A stretch of DNA of 63,686 nt, the filler included, from Chiloscyllium plagiosum (lineage: Eukaryota): assembly GCF_004010195.1 (NCBI RefSeq). It is 5 parts of one record of this genome, joined end to end, with 100 filler letters (N's around TTAATTAATTAA, not from the genome) between each part and the next. Parts side by side here need not be neighbours in the genome. Positions count along the whole stretch, not along the records: positions 34,762 to 61,124 come from NC_057717.1; 4 more parts are not named here. The stretch is one strand, 5' to 3'. This document shows, in pieces, positions 37,715 to 50,032 of the stretch. Each line of letters begins with the position of its first letter. The stretch's first letter is position 1. Under the pieces are notes generated by a model, which did not search any database, was not told the DNA's origin, and worked only from the letters and a program-made list of their open reading frames with translations. The translations under genes were made by a program, and so were the position numbers.

Positions 37715-39760
37715 GCAGGGTTTACCATTGGGGCCACACCATTCCTCTTCCCTCACGCTGGGCCCTGCTTTTGTCCACTCCCGCTTTTCTTCCAGCGAGG
37801 CCCGTGACTGTAACTCCCGTTCGTCAGCTGTTGGGGTACAATTTTTTTCATAAACATGTCAAACTGATCACTGCTGCGCTGCCGTCCTTACAGCTGACCC
37901 TGCGTTGAGTTGAGAAATAAAATCGTTATTTTTCGTGTGGGCTTCATATTTACACACATCGATTGATTTAGGCAATACGATCGCTTCCACGAGGTCAGAA
38001 ATCAGGTCACGGTGTGTGACGGTCTTTCTGCTGGAGCTCAAGAAGCCCCTATGTTTCCACGGGATTCCAAAATTATGTACCACCCCGAATGCGTATCTGC
38101 AATCGGTGTAAACATTCACTGTCTTCCTTTAGCCAACTTACATGCCTCAGTCAAACAATCAGCACTGCTGCGAGAGCTGACAGATGAGAAGGGAGTAATC
38201 CCGCTTTGACCACCTCGTCGGCAGTCACTACAGCATACCAACTACAATTCTGGCTTGTCTCCTTACTCCTGACTGCTGACTAATCCAGAAAAACCTCCAT
38301 ATGCGGATTCTGAAGTGGTGAATCCTGCAAATGTGGTCGAGGGCGGAAATTTCATTAGTCACAGCGACACAAGCATGTGGGTCTCCGCCTCCTTATGTGG
38401 GGAGAAGGCTAGCAGGGCTAAGGGCGTTACATCTCTTTATTGTAATGTTAGGCATCTCCAATAACGCAGTATTGTACCCGAGCCAATGTGCTTTCGACAT
38501 GTGTGCTGTCTTTAGCTCGGAAAACAGTAACGATATTGCATGTCGGTCAGTAGGGTTAATTCACCAGAACCGACCGTGTCCCTGGATACCACCACAGCCT
38601 TTTCAGCTGCAGTCATGGCTCACATGCATTTAGGCAATCCTGCTGCTACGGGTCCAGTTTAGCCAAAAATAAGCTACCAGGCTCAATTTTCCCCCATGAT
38701 CGTGCAACAGCACAGATGTCATGCAGCCACGCTTCTCATCTGCAATTTATGCAAAAGGCTTGTTTGGATTCCGAATCCCCAGTATAGGTGTAGTTTGGAG
38801 CACCTTTTTAATGCAACAAATGTACTCTCGGTTTCTGGGGTCCATTGCAACGGACCCAGGCTCTGAAAACCTTTCTCATCAGCTATGTCACTTATGGGCG
38901 TCTCGGGGGTGCGGATTGTGGAATAAACATTCCACAGTCGGAGCACATGCCCAAGAAGGATAGCACTTGTTTCCTCGTGTGAGACTTCGGAATTTGCTGG
39001 ATTGCTTGAACTCTGTCTTGATCAATGGCCTTCCCTTGTTGAGATATTAAGTGACCTAAGAACTTCATCTGTTTTGCACAAGTTGTAGCTTTGTGAGACT
39101 AGCTTTCTGTCTTACCTTGCTAGATGGCAGAACAATACAAATGTATCCTTTTCACATTTTTCCTCTGTCAGTTCTGCTATTATACTGCAGAAGTGCTAAC
39201 CCCAGGCTTAAAACTAGAGTCGCCAGACTCCTGCGTAAAACCTCATTACAAATGATGGGGGACTCACAGTAACCTTGACAAAGTCGCGTGAAGCTAAAAG
39301 ATTTCTCTTTGAATGAAAAAGCGAACCAGAATTGACAATCTACGTGTACCGGTACATGAAAGAACGCATTGCTAAATCCACAACAGAGAACCACTTACTG
39401 TCCGGTGTAACTTGAGTTGATATTGTACAGGGGTTGGGAACAGTTGGGGCGTGCGGGACAACAGCGTTATTGACAACCTGCAAGTCTTGACCAAACCTCC
39501 ATTCTTCCGGTTCAACTGGAATGTTTGCCTTTTTGACCGGAAAAATGGGGGTCCTCAACGGTGAATTTTCACAGTGGAATATGACTCCAGCCATTAGGAG
39601 AGATTTAAAGACAGGAGTAATTCTTTCTATGGCCTCGGGATTAAACGGTTATTTTGCCCTGCAAGCACGATATTCGGACTTCAGAGTTATTCTGAGGGGT
39701 TCACAGCCTCGTATGAGCACCACACCATGTTTGCCTTTTGCTCACAACTCAGTAGAAGCC
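37715..39760 (-). pseudogene. pol: ERV reverse transcriptase and RNase H
   Basis: SPLRTPIFPVKK..WRFGQDLQVVN..VPNP..WFSVVDL/SNAFFHVPVH..QFWFAF..FTRLCQGYCESP..LLQY, with the VDD of YVDD apparently deleted. RNase H YTDCRYAFGVVH..WKHRGFL..CKYEAH. Confidence 0.93.
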
Positions 39761-39849
39761 GTTTTTAATCTCTGGTCCGAGACTTCTATCTTCGGGAAAC
39801 GCTAGTCTACCCTGCAACGCTCTTCAGGACTAATGGGGCTTATTTGGAC

Positions 39850-40330
39850 TGTGCGATCTGCCTGAGTGAGCCAATTTATTTTCTTCCTATATGTCCGTAC
39901 ATCTGCATTGAACCAGATACCCACATCGTCCCTGAAGACACAACCTTTGTCCCTTTAGCACCCATGGTCCTAATTCCTGCCACCTGTCGCTGGATGTCTT
40001 CGTCAATGACACGTGAGGAAAAAGAGCCTTACACATCAAAAAGGAAGTGTCTGCTTGTCGTTACAGATACTTCAGGTAAGTTCACACCGACTGCACATCT
40101 GTGATCATTCCAATAAATTTCGCACAATAACAAATGATCAGGTTTAACGAATCTCCTGAACCCATCCCTCCCATATGATTCGTCAGGGACATCGTGATGT
40201 ATATGTGCTCTGCAGTGCAGCATGTCCCCAGCAAGAAAATCGGTGTTAATAGGATTAACATGGTCACTTATTTCCAGGGCGAGTGAATCACTCTCTGAAC
40301 TTATCTCTCTTTGGCTTAATCGCTACACAT
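39850..40330 (-). pseudogene. Putative 2H phosphoesterase-like domain between protease and RT
   Basis: DMLHCRAHI (His at 40215-40217; HCRA is one substitution from HCTA) and, after a 1-nt frameshift, PHVSLTK..WQELGPW (His at 40013-40015), about 67 codons apart. Confidence 0.65.
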
Positions 40331-40399
40331 AGATATACATCAGGGGTCGTGGGTCGCATTTTACAGCCTCCACGGGTAGATATTCCTTTGAATTACGTG

Positions 40400-40760
40400 C
40401 AAACACTGGCGGTACTGAGGAAATCCAAGCCAGACTCACTATGATATCCCGAGCCATCAAATGTAAAGGACAGAATTCAGGTAACAAAAAAGAGCGTTGG
40501 AATGCTTCCCCAGTACTCGGTTCACAAATTTGGGGTGACAAAAAATTCTCATATCACGATTTCTGATGCATCCATTGTGTTCAGCGGCCTTCCACCCATC
40601 TTTATTTCCGTCGTTTCTCTGAATTGGCTTAATTTAAGGACTGAATATGTTGACCCTGTATCTACCAAAAAGGTAACTGGTGTACCTTCCACATATAACA
40701 CGGAGGTAGGCATCGACTTATATGTATCGTAGTTATATTGAACATATAGTCCGCACTTCG
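40400..40760 (-). pseudogene. pro: ERV aspartic protease
   Basis: VEGTPVTFLVDTGSTYSVL...SFLLPEFCPLHLMARDII (the NLLGRD-equivalent segment). Confidence 0.93.
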
Positions 40761-40881
40761 CAATCTCAGTGCTCAATATGGCCTTCGGACTTGTTTCAGT
40801 GCCTGTTTCGTTGCCAAGCATAAGGGAAAGAAGCTTACCTGGACCTTGTGGGCTGCCCACCTTCTCCTCAGCATTCCTCTG

Positions 40882-42228
40882 TCAATTACCCTGCTGTCCA
40901 GCCTCCAGAGCCGATTGGGATTGTCTGGACGGACACTGTCTCGCCCAGTGGTCCATTGCTCCGCAAACAAAGTACCCGCCAGATCTACCTCTGCTAGCGC
41001 CTCTTCCATGACCCCTTCATCTTCCTCTTCCGCGACCTACACATCTGTCTCTCTCCCTGCATCTCCTCCCTCCAATGACTGACCATTCGCATCATAGTAA
41101 GCTGAGGTTTATGTGCTTGCTGTTCCATCTTTCGTTTCTGCTTATCCTTCGCTTGGGCCAGCATTTTTTCAGCATATATCACATGTTGTTCAATCAAATT
41201 CAGCTTTCTAGTGTCCCAGGTAATACACGTGTCTTTTACATTTTTGACTGTTTTGGCTTTGATTCCATTGATGACGATGCTCCTCAGGTGTGCTTCATAC
41301 GGTGTAATTTCTGCTGTCGTCATGTCCTCGGGTGGTCTCCGTCCACCATGGGCGTTATGGACTTCATTGAGGCGCGTAAGGCACTGGGAGACTTCTCACC
41401 TTCTTGTTGTTTACACATTGCAACTTTGGTCACGTCCATTCGCACTGGGACTGCCTCCCAACAGGCGGCTGCCAGCGTGGAGCAAAAGCATTTAAGTCTC
41501 TGTTCTCTTACGCTTGCAGGTTGGTTGATTTGGCATGGACGTTTACGGCTGACCATTTATACTTGATTTTGGTGACATCGGCACTAGTGTTTGGCCCAGG
41601 AGATGTCTCAGCTCATGTGACCTGGGACGGAACTCGACACAGAACTTTGTTACTTTTTCAGCGAACTTATTACCTCCAACTTCGCGTGGGTCAGNNNNNN
41701 NNNNNNNNNNNNNNNNNNNNNNNNNNNNNNNNNNNNNNNNNNNNNNNNNNNNNNNNNNNNNNNNNCTGGCTTGGAACCTTCAGCAGGTGGATCACATAGG
41801 GGGACTTTAGGACTGGGAAGGCAGTCATCATGGTAAGGATCTGGAACAGACTTAAGACACTGTACAGCTTCATCAGGTTGTTTTCCGCGCAAGTCTGCAT
41901 GTGTGCTAGTGTTTATACGCGTAACTGATCTATCTTTAACTTGATATTTACATTCCCTGATACCAGCCTCAGCCTTCCACATTTTATACGCACTCCAATT
42001 CATAGGTTTTATTCTTCCCTTCCGTTTCTCCTTCTCTCTCACCTCCAACCGTGACTTCAATATTTCCAACTGCCTTCAACTAAAACTGCCACCCTCCGAA
42101 AAACCACATTCCTTAATCCACAATTCTAACTATTTTACAGACTCTAGGCCATAATTATTTAACATGTACTGTACTTTTGGTTGACCATTCCAAGTCCCCT
42201 CTTTTCGTTTGCTCTTGCTTGTGCCCAT
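40882..42228 (-). pseudogene. gag: ERV gag
   Basis: ATG at 42228 gives MGTSKSKRKE (MGxxxS myristoylation signal)..LWIKECGFSEGGSFS. Capsid-like DVTKVAMCKQQEGE. NC zinc knuckle YFVCGAMDHWARQC (CCHC with first C changed to Y). Stop TGA at 40882-40884. Confidence 0.85.
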
Positions 42229-42761
42229 TTCAACGTTACTAGAAAAGTGTTCAGCTGTCTCTCTCTCTCTCTTTCTTTGTGCTGTTATCTTTTCCTTTTT
42301 GACTCGCTTTTACCTCTGGAGGTGCCTTCTCACATTGGGCGCATCGGCCTCAATGACTTGGATTTCGCAAACCAAGGACGACATGTCTGGTAAGTCTTTG
42401 GCGAGTCTAACTCAGGCAGCGATGGTTCCAAGTCTCAAACTACCCTTCACCTTGCTGTCTCTAAAGCACTGTAGAGACAGCAATCCCTTACCTTGCGTTT
42501 TACTCGAATGCCGTGCGAAAGTTCACTGGAACCTCTTCCTGCTTTATTTATTCTCTTATAATGATTCTCTATGTAGGATTACTTAAGCTACGACTCTTAC
42601 CCCGGCCCTATTCGATTGAAACCCCGGCGATGGGACGATCCACAGATTCCCAGTCCTCTCAGGCAACGGGGCAAATTCAGCGCTCGAGATGAAGTGAAAG
42701 TCCTTCAACGTGCTGACGTCTACACCTCCTGGGAATACTCGGATTCTTACCCAGTCGTGGG

Positions 42762-42779
42762 GTACGGGACGAGCCTCCA
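42762..42779 (-). promoter_or_regulatory. Primer binding site, tRNA-Pro-like
   Basis: Minus strand TGGAGGCTCGTCCCGTAC matches the canonical tRNA-Pro PBS TGGGGGCTCGTCCGGGAT at 14/18 positions, ~530 nt upstream of gag. Confidence 0.7.
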
Positions 42780-42780
42780 A

Positions 42781-43496
42781 GTTTACAGTCGTGGAAGTTA
42801 ATCGACTCGAATCAAATACTAGCAAGAGCAAAGAAAAAGTTTTGTTGTAACTTCTGCATGGGGCTCAATTCACTTGGCAATTGCCGTATGTGAGGGGCTG
42901 CACAACTTTCACATACGCTTTTTGTACTACATTTCGTTTTTCCTTCTCGAGGACAAGAACTGGGAACATTCGGCTGTTGATATGAAATTTATGTTTTCCC
43001 TGACTATAGCTGAATCCGACAGTTTTGCAAGCCTTGTATGGCCAAGCTGTCTGCCTGCAGAATCCAGCAAAATTTGGCTGTCTACTTAAAATTTTAGCAA
43101 AGAGTTAGATTTAGCAAAGTATTCTTTTTCGGATTACACAGCAAATGTTAATTTTGTTAATTATCTATTATACGTGCTTCCTGTGTTTGAAGGTAACAGC
43201 GCTCCAACTCCCATAAACTGGGCTTGTCCCCCCATCAGGCAATGTCGTGTTCAGTTGAGGTGACTGTGTACTTCCCTATGCAGCCAGAAATGTAGTCATG
43301 TCCTCAGGAGCTCGATTCAAATCCTGTTTTGTGGGTTCAGTTTTGCGTGGTGGTGTGGCTGAGCAACGTAAGGTGCTGTTTGTAAGCTTCACTGTGAAAG
43401 TCGCTGAGGGCTTGAATCCCATCACTGCCATTTGTGCTAATTGCATGTTATGCTGAATCGTCATGTGAGTGAGCTATGTTTAAATTGAACATGACA
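42781..43496 (-). mobile_element. Probable 5' LTR of the ERV
   Basis: Lies directly upstream of the PBS. Degenerate TATA-like TACAAAAA (~42920) and polyA-like AACAAA (~42845) on the minus strand. Candidate TGT start at 43496. There is no second LTR to confirm the limits. Confidence 0.45.
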
Positions 43497-43679
43497 AAAA
43501 TGTAATCTGTTTCTTGCAAAGTGATCTATGATAAGGTACAACGCAGAGCCTTCAGGAAGTCAACGGCCACACTGTGATTCTGTAAAGTGGTATTTGTTAT
43601 ATTCACCTCACGTGGGAAAAGTCCCTAGGTAGAAACAAGTGTGTGCTGCTCCTTTATTATGTTGGCAAGTTCTAAGACC

Positions 43680-43905
43680 GACAGAATGTAGCTCAGTCGT
43701 TAGCACTGCTGCCTCTCAGCGCTAGAAACCCTCGTTCACTTCCCGCCTCAGTTAACTCTCTGTGCGGGGTTTGGACATTCTCCCTGTGTCTGTCAAGGTT
43801 TCCATTGATATTCCAGTTTTGACGCACAGTCCTAAAATTTTAAGAATAAGTGGATTTGCTATGCTAAATTAACCAGGATGTCAGGAAATGTGCAGACTAG
43901 ATGCA
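43680..43905 (+). mobile_element. Degenerate HE1-like SINE
   Basis: GTAGCTCAGTCGTTAGCACTGCTGCCTCTCAGCGC head and GCTATGCTAAATT core. Confidence 0.75.
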
Positions 43906-44711
43906 NNNNNNNNNNNNNNNNNNNNNNNNNNNNNNNNNNNNNNNNNNNNNNNNNNNNNNNNNNNNNNNNNNNNNNNNNNNNNNNNNNNNNNNNNNNNNNN
44001 NNNNNNNNNNNNNNNNNNNNNNNNNNNNNNNNNNNNNNNNNNNNNNNNNNNNNNNNNNNNNNNNNNNNNNNNNNNNNNNNNNNNNNNNNNNNNNNNNNNN
44101 NNNNNNNNNNNNNNNNNNNNNNNNNNNNNNNNNNNNNNNNNNNNNNNNNNNNNNNNNNNNNNNNNNNNNNNNNNNNNNNNNNNNNNNNNNNNNNNNNNNN
44201 NNNNNNNNNNNNNNNNNNNNNNNNNNNNNNNNNNNNNNNNNNNNNNNNNNNNNNNNNNNNNNNNNNNNNNNNNNNNNNNNNNNNNNNNNNNNNNNNNNNN
44301 NNNNNNNNNNNNNNNNNNNNNNNNNNNNNNNNNNNNNNNNNNNNNNNNNNNNNNNNNNNNNNNNNNNNNNNNNNNNNNNNNNNNNNNNNNNNNNNNNNNT
44401 CATGCTGGGAAAATGGGTTTCATGAGTGTGTATGAGCTGCTTTCCTTGAACAATATGTTGAACAGTGAACTCGAGATCAGGCTGTTTAGAAGTTGCTGTG
44501 TGATCAGAAGACCTATTTGAAAACCATGCGGAAAAGGAGCCTTTGGAAATAATCATCTTAATATATTGAATTTCACATGACGTTTGAATACAAACTATTT
44601 TTTAAATTAAAATGCGTGTATCTGACTGGAATCATGAATGCATGAGCAACAAGGTGGCAATTTTAAAAGCACATCATAAAGATACACTGGAAGACAGGCA
44701 CTTTCTGTTGA

Positions 44712-44995
44712 TTAGATTCCCTACAGTGTGGAAACAGGCTCTTCGGCCCAACATGTCCACACCAACCCACACTGCCCCATTCCTCTACACCTAACACCAT
44801 GGACAATTTAGAATGACCAATTCACCTAACCTTCACACATTTAGACTGTGGGAGAAAACCGGAGCACCTGGAGGAAACTCACGCAGACACGGGGTGAATG
44901 TGCAAACTCCACACAGACAGTTGCCCGAGGCAGGAATTATACCCGGGTCCAAGGTGCTGTGAGGCAGCAGTGATAACCATTGAGCCACCGTAACG
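44712..44995 (-). mobile_element. HE1-like V-SINE
   Basis: Same head, core and tail as the 8980 and 14030 copies. Confidence 0.85.
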
Positions 44996-44999
44996 CCCT

Positions 45000-47760
45000 T
45001 CATTTATCGAAACAGTAAAAGTTGCACAGTATACATATATCCTCCAAGGCGCATATAGCACAAGGGTAAGGTGACTCAACCATAATTAACAGACGAAGTT
45101 AAAAATTGTATTATATCAAGGAAAGTCGATCAGAAAAATGGAAGAGAGTATGGATTCATTGGAACGAAGGAAGAGTAAGAAATTGATAAGGGCATTAAAA
45201 AGACATCAAGAATGCAAACTGAAAAAGAAACATAAGGACTGATGCAAAGCTTCTGACAATATTTGAAAGGAAATTTTAAAGCCACGTGAAATGTTAAGCA
45301 GTGTGAAATAATGTGGATAGGATAATTTATTGCTGATAAAAGAGGAATTGCAGGGAAACTAACTCGTTATATTGTGTCTGTCTTCGTGGATGAATGCATA
45401 ATATCTCCCAGAAATACAAACTGATCATGAGACTTGTGGAACTAAGGACTAAAGTCATTCATATTAGTAACGAGGCGTGTTTGAAAACATAACCTGGTTA
45501 GTGATTGATCAGGCTGACAGAACAGATGTACTTCATAATGAAATTTCAGAGATAGAGGCAATACACAGATCGATTGCATTGAGCAACACAGAATATCTCC
45601 TGTGCAATTTGGAAGGTTATAAGTGCATTCCACGATCCAAAAAGGGAAGAAGAGGACAAGTAACTTGTCATGCACAGGAGGGAATCTGTTTAAATCTGTT
45701 ATAACAAATGTGGCATTGGTCATTTAGAAAGTAATAGCAAACTTCAAGAGAATGCATATATGAAAGGAAACTTATAATTTTCAGACATTTTTTCTTGAAG
45801 ATATCGTTTGAAGATATAAACATTGGAGAACCAACAGATATGATATAATTGTATATTCAGGAGGATTTTTTAAAAAATGAAATGTCACAGCACGCTATTA
45901 GAAAGAAACTGAAGAAATGGGTACTGGAGAAACATGTGGAAACATGAAGATAGATTTTCGGTTTACCTTTTATTTAATGGGAATCAGAATGTAGATGACG
46001 AACAGTCATCCAGACTGGAGGCATTAGCTTGCTCTCTCGCCGTTGGTGCTCTCTGAACAGCTGTAGTCTTCAGCATTTCTTGTTTTCAGTACAGATTCCT
46101 GCATCTACAGTAATTTACGTTTATTAAAGGGAAACGTGTCTTCCATCGCTTACGCCGAGTATTGCTGAGTCTGTGCGTTTAACACTGTGTAAAGTTTCGG
46201 TGTCCTGATCTAGAGACGAATACACTGGCAACATATACTGAAAGGACATTCTCCAGATTAATCCCACAGATGGCAAGATTTTCTGGTGAGTGAACTCGGC
46301 CTGTGTTACCTCGAGTTTCAACGATTGAAAAGCAACCTTAATGAAAACGAGAAAGTTCACACAGAAAGGGCTGAATAAAATAGGGACTTTGAGAAGTGGT
46401 AGCTGGCAAGATTGGGAGAGTCCTAAGGTTTTCCACAAGGACATCAAGCGGAATAATATTACAAGCGAACAGTTAGAACCCATGAGAAACCATCTGTGTG
46501 TGAAGGAGGAGGTATGGAGAGAATTTGAGAAGATGGAGTGGGAAGCTTTGAGCAAATTGATATAAGATGTGATCTTCGACTGATGGTTTTAGCTGGTCTA
46601 AAAAATGGATAAAAATGATCCGGGTGCGTTTTATCCCAGGCTGCTGTTGGAGATAAGGAAGAAAATACCTGACCATTTTCTTTTCATATATATAGAATCT
46701 GGTGAGAGGAGAGAGAAGGTAGAGGATGTATGCGGTTACACTGTACTGGAAGGGTGGTGCAGAAACACCAGAGCACTGTAGATCAGTGAGTATAAATTCC
46801 CTTTCAGGGAAGTTATTGGAGAATACAAAGAAGGATAAAATGGGTCTCCATTTAGAGGCAATGTTTCATCAAGGACAGTCACCATGGCTTTATCGGAGGG
46901 AAGTCATGCCTAATGGATTTTATTGGAATTTTTCAATGAGCTCTTTTAATAGTTTTCTCACCAAATCCATTGACAAAGCTCCGCATGGAAACTGATAAAT
47001 TTATTAAAATCCTAGTGGAAGGAGAGGAGGGTGGTGGCAGAAGGCTGTTTGTGTGAGTAGAGACGTGTAACACAAGGATCAGTGCTGTGTCACTTCCTAT
47101 TTGGAGTACTCTAAAATAATGAGATGTGGATGTTGAGTGTGGTGAGGGAATGTGGTTAATAAGTGTTTGTTTGATGGTGAGGAGGAAGGTCTTATGCAAC
47201 AGGAACATGTAGATGGAATGGCCAGATCAATGACAGATGCCATGTAACACTGATAAATATGAGGTGATGCACCTCAGAAGTAAAAAATGCAGACAGGGGA
47301 GTACTCAATGAACGGCAGCAAACCAGCAAGTCCAGAGGGGGCTTGTGCACTAATCCCTGAGTGTGAGAACACTTTTTTGGAGGTGGCCTTATAGTGGTGT
47401 GTGACAGGAAGTGGACCTTGGGCCCCAGATATTCCCAATATATCTCAAACATAGGATTGTCGCACCCAAATGCAATATTTCCAAGCCCAAGCCTGCTAAC
47501 AGCACTCAACGGTGTCTGACTGTCAGTGGGTAAGGAGGATATCAAAAAGCTCCAAGGTGACTGAGACAAGTGGAGTGAATGGACAAGTACATGGCAGATG
47601 AAGACCAATATGTATAAATGTGATGTTGTGTACTTTGGTGGGAACAATAGAACAGTAGACTGCCATTTGAAAAGGGATAGGTGAAAAATATTGTTTTTAA
47701 GGGACTTATGTGGATTTAGGTACACATGGTTCTGTCTGGAATGTTCAGCCACACTCATCA
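45000..47760 (+). mobile_element. Mosaic of very old plus-strand CR1 fragments
   Basis: Scattered motifs: RSVSINSLSGKLLE, QSPWL and KCDVVYFGG. Confidence 0.55.
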
Positions 47761-47899
47761 CCGAACCATAGATCGGCTTAGTAGTAATGACCGACTGAGG
47801 GATAATCCCCAGAAGAAAAAAAGTTGCAGATCGATTTTGAATATAATTATGCTTCTGCTGCTGCTGTGGTCTGTAGCACCACATCAGCATCAGGAATTA

Positions 47900-49700
47900 T
47901 CTATACCTTGTTTCTTAAACTGAACCAGCTCAATTATTTCTGCTTTTGGCACGTACTCCTCCAACTCTTTCCTATACATGTACCATCCAATTGTCTTTTA
48001 AACGTTGTAATTGTACTCAGCGATACCAGTTCCTCTGATAGCTGGCTACATATACATACAGCCCTCTGTGAGAAACAACTGCCCCATAGTTACCTTTTAA
48101 ATCTCTTCCTTCTCACCTGAAACCTATCCTCTCTGGTTTCAGACACACCTACTGTGGGAAAAGACCTTGGCCATGCATCCTATCTGTGACCCTCATGGTT
48201 TTATAAACCTCGATAGGGTCACCTCACATCCTACGCAAAAGGAACAAAATCATCGACTTGCCATATATCTCAAAACCTCTGCCACATCATTTAAAATATT
48301 TTGTCCCCTTTCCAGTTTACAACATCCTTCCTATAGAAGGGCGACTAGAATTGTACTCAGTATACAAAATGTGTCCTTACCATTCTCTTGCACAGCCAGA
48401 AAATGATGTCCCAATTCCTATACTCAATGGTGTGTCAGCTGAAGGTAAGCGTGCATAGTACCCTCTTCCCTACCCTGTCTATCTGCGACTTCACTTTCAA
48501 AGAACGATGTACCTGCAACCTGGGTTTTTCTGCTGAACAACACTGCCCAGGGCCCAACCGTTAACTATGTAAATCCTGCGCTGGTTTGTCTAACAAAATG
48601 CAACATTTCACATGGAACAGAAAGAAGCTCCATCTGCCATTTCTCGGCCCACTGGCCCAGTAGATCAAGATTAAATTACCTACAGTGTGGAAACTGGCCC
48701 TTCTGCCCAACAAGTCCACACCGACCCTCCGATGATTAACCCACCCTGATCCATTTCTTTCTGACTAATGCACCTAACTTATGGGCAATTTGGCATGGCC
48801 AATTCTTCTGGCCGGCACATCTTTGGATTGTGGGAGGAAACCGGAGCACGCGGAGGAAACCCACGCAGACACGCGGAGAATGTGCGAATTCCACACAGAC
48901 AGTTGCCCGAGGCTGGCATCAAGCCTGGGATCCTGGTGCCTTGAGGCAATAGTACTAACCACTGAGCCACCGTTCTTTACCGGAACCTTTTTCACTGCCC
49001 ACTAGAACAAATAATCTTGGGGGTTTTATAGTCAAACTTCCAAGGTTCCTACATTCCCATCCAAATCATTCACAAAAACAATGAAAAGAACCATCCTGCT
49101 CCTTGTGGCACACAGCTGGTCACAGGCGACCAGTAGAAACAACAAATCTCTCCCAGCACCCTCTGCCTCCTACTGTTAAAACAATGTTGTGTCTAATTGG
49201 CTAGCTCTCCCAAATGTTGGGGCTTGCTCAGGTCCACGTGGACAATGTATGCGGATTGCCATTCATCTATCTTCTTGGTTACCTCTTCAAAAAATGTAAA
49301 CTACTTTTTGAGACCAGTTGTTCCACACAAAATGCCATGCTGACTGGTCTAATCAGTCCTTGTTTTTGCGAATGCATGTAAATCCTGTCTCTGAGAAGCT
49401 CCTATAAACATTTATCCACGTCTGACGTTAGAGTCACTGGTCTGTGGTTCATGGCAGCCTTTTTAAAAATAATGCTACCACATTAGCTGTCTTCAAATCC
49501 TTTAGCACCTCACCTGTGGCTGTCAATGATACAAATGAAAAAAATTGAAAGGACTGCAGATTCTGCGAATCAGTAAGAAGGACAGAAGGTGCTGAAGTAA
49601 CCCTTCACCAGCACTCTAAGAAATGATACAAACATCTCAGCCCGTACTAGCATAGTTTCTTCCCCAGCTTCCTGCAATGATTCCGGGATACATTTTTTGG
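47900..49700 (-). mobile_element. Minus-strand CR1 ORF2 relic containing an HE1-like SINE (48675-48972)
   Basis: Reverse-strand CR1 C-terminal and RT motifs. The nested SINE has head GGTGGCTCAGTGGTTAGTACT. Confidence 0.75.
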
Positions 49701-50032
49701 GATTAAATTAGATTAAATTAGATTAGATTAGATTAGATTACTTGCAGTGTTGAAAGCGGCCCTCCGGCCCAACAAGTCCACACCAACCCGCCACCCACAC
49801 ATTCCCCTACATTTACCAATTTACCTAACACTACGGACAATTTAGCATGGCCAACTCACGTGACCTGCACATCTTTGGACTGTGGGAGGAAGCCGGAGCA
49901 CCCGGAGCACCCGGAGAAAACCCACGCAGACACGGGGAGAATGTGCAAACTCCACACAGTCTGTCGCCTGAGTCGTGGATTGAACACTGGTCTCTGGCGC
50001 TGTGAGGCAGCACTGTGCCACCGTGCTGCCCA
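49700..50032 (-). mobile_element. HE1-like SINE with (TCTAA)n tail
   Basis: V-domain core. (TTAGA)n run on the plus strand at 49700-49740. Confidence 0.85.

Larger units (their letters stand above)
34762..43496 (-). mobile_element. Endogenous retrovirus, class I (epsilon-like/fish-type), defective; 3' end lost in a gap
   Basis: Order on the minus strand is LTR-like region, PBS, gag, protease, inserted domain, RT, RNase H, integrase, env start. Many stops and frameshifts. Confidence 0.93.

Noticed and set aside
36255..38917. Apparent ERV with two RNase H domains
   Set aside because: The two near-identical 1.2-kb copies abut a 250-N gap, which is typical of a false haplotype duplication. It is not evidence of a dual-RNase H architecture without read support.
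43276..43464. 62-aa ORF in the presumed LTR as a viral accessory gene
   Set aside because: It is short, has no recognisable motif, and the LTR limits are uncertain.
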